Made by a program: the position numbers and the translations under genes. A DNA stretch of 64,000 nt from the human T2T-CHM13v2.0 reference genome, Homo sapiens: the NCBI RefSeq assembly GCF_009914755.1, contig NC_060928.1; one strand, given 5' to 3'. The notes under the pieces are model-generated. The model did no database searches, was not told the origin of the DNA, and saw nothing but the letters and a program-made list of their open reading frames with translations. Position 1 is the first letter of the stretch. Each line of letters starts with the position of its first letter. Positions 62,140-64,000 of this stretch are shown in pieces.

Positions 62140-62739
62140 AATATGTTTATTTTTAACAATGTACTTCAGAATGAGATAATCTGGGATTATGTATTTAAGT
62201 TTATGTATTTTCAGACTACACAAATAATGGATAGATTACGAATTTCACAATATTTCTGGTCTTTCAGAGTGTACATGAAAAGACTTTCTTTAAATCTAAG
62301 AATTGCATGCTTTTCTGAAAAATATAAGTTATGTGAGCCATGAACTTTTATATTATAACTACTGCAGATGTTGTGAGCATATATGCTAGATGTTAGTGTG
62401 GTAATTGAAAAGTAATTTAGGTAAAAATAAACATTTCATTCATTTACAAACTTTATGAGAACACTGATTTTATCTTATTTAGATCAAATATATGTTCTTT
62501 TCAATATGGTGAAAATACAACAGGGATCATAATCAAACTCCTTTTTGTACTTTTAAAGGCTGTAAATCAGAAAAGGTTAAAGGAATTCATAGTTTTTCTC
62601 CTTTGTTTGCCAAGGTTGCTGTTGATATTTACTCCAAAGTGGCCAATAGAACTAATGTCATATAAAGTTTCAGAGTTTACTGTCTTTTTGCCTTTGGACT
62701 CAATCAGAGTGTTGTACTTTCTGTTTATTTGCTTTGCTC

Positions 62740-63365
62740 TTATTTATTTTTAATAAGTTTATTGGGACGTAATCCTCATAACATTCAATTCACCAACTTA
62801 AATTGTATAATTTGATGTTTTAAAATATATTCATAGTTGTACAATCATCACTAGAATAAATTTTAGAATATTCTGCCACCCTAAAAAGAAACCTCATATC
62901 CATTACCAGTCACTCCTCACTCACCTCTATTCTTACCCACTTCCTCATCCCTAGGCAACAACTAACCTATTTCCTGTATCTATGGATTTGATTCTGGATG
63001 TTTCATATAAAGACAGTCATACAACATATAGTCTTTTGGCTCCTCTCACTTAGCATAATATTTTCAAGGTTCATTTATGTTGTGGTGCATATCAACACTT
63101 CATTCCTCTTTGTGGCTGAATAATATCCTATTATAAGACTATACCACTTTATTCGTTTGTCAGTTAATAGAGTGGCAAAGTGGATTGTTTTCACATTTTG
63201 GGTATTACAAATTATGCTACTATGAACATTTGTGTATGAATTTTTGTGTGGATATATGTTTTGTTGATCTTGACTATACACTTAGGAATGGAACTTTTGG
63301 GTCATATGGTAACTCCCTGTTTAGTATTTTGAGAAGCTGCCAAACTGTTTTCCAAAGTGGTTGGA
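62740..63365 (-). mobile_element. L1MB 3' fragment
   Basis: ccctaggcaacaactaacc...ctctcacttagcataatattttcaaggttcat...ctgccaaactgttttccaaagtgg. Confidence 0.85.
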
Positions 63366-64000
63366 TTTGATTTATTTTAACATTATCTTACATCTACTTT
63401 GAATAAGAATTTGAGTCAACTTGATACAGATACTTGAGTTTGGCATTGTGTGTCCTCTCTGAGCCTTCAAGACAATCACATTTTTTCAGCTTACTCTGTG
63501 TGTTCTGCATAAGACAGATGATTAGAATAATTGGAGGGCTTGTCTTGTCCTATGTGCTGGAATTTGGCTCTCTGTGACTTTCATTACAAGGTGGTGCTTT
63601 AGTTACTTGAGGTCTTGCCAGTCCTTATTTCCTTAGTGTGTTCAGCTGCCTTCAGGTAGTGAGAGTTAGCTCTATCCAAGCAAGGATTTCAGGCTGAGAA
63701 AATGAAGTTTGTTCATATAAGGCCACACATGCATTGATTTTTCCCTGTAAACTTACAAGTTAAGGATGATTCATTGACAAGTGTGGGAATCCTGGGATAG
63801 TCTACGGCTTGATTTGTCTGTGTAGTATGGTGCCATATGAATAGATGTACAAAAATTGGGGGTTATTGATAAGTGTGTCAAATACCTGAGATTAGAGCTA
63901 AAGATAAGAGACCCATGTGCTGTAGATCACCACACCCTGAGCAGTGGAGAGCATGCAGGAGAACTTTCTCTCGACTGAATAAAATCTGTGCAGCGATGAG

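Overview
This is AT-rich, repeat-dense primate genomic DNA, most likely hominoid; it is not prokaryotic. Much of the window is transposon-derived: a full-length L1PA7-like element (+, 12083-18208), a full-length L1PA5/6-like element (-, 50455-59678) with a young 5'-truncated L1PA2-like element nested inside it, about 12 Alus, a deleted MER31 provirus, solo LTRs (MLT1, MST, THE1, two MER67, LTR10, LTR19-like, MER66), DNA transposons (MER1A, MER20, MADE1) and old L2/MIR/L1M fragments. No intact host CDS is evident, and nearly all long ORFs in the track are L1 or Alu relics. Several + strand segments have canonical splice signals, suggesting the window lies inside a spliced gene, lncRNA or degenerate gene that I cannot name. 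The most unusual structures are: (1) a 138-bp near-perfect inverted duplication enclosing five tandem 37-bp hairpin units (29944-30382); (2) rare variants, including the same ORF2 nonsense codon, shared by the two oppositely oriented full-length L1s, suggesting gene conversion; (3) a 121-bp templated copy of ERV-internal sequence outside the provirus; (4) candidate exons that join into a peptide resembling the DEAH-helicase HA2 C-terminus. I see no convincing novel multi-gene system. Subfamily names and consensus comparisons are from memory and need RepeatMasker/Dfam confirmation.
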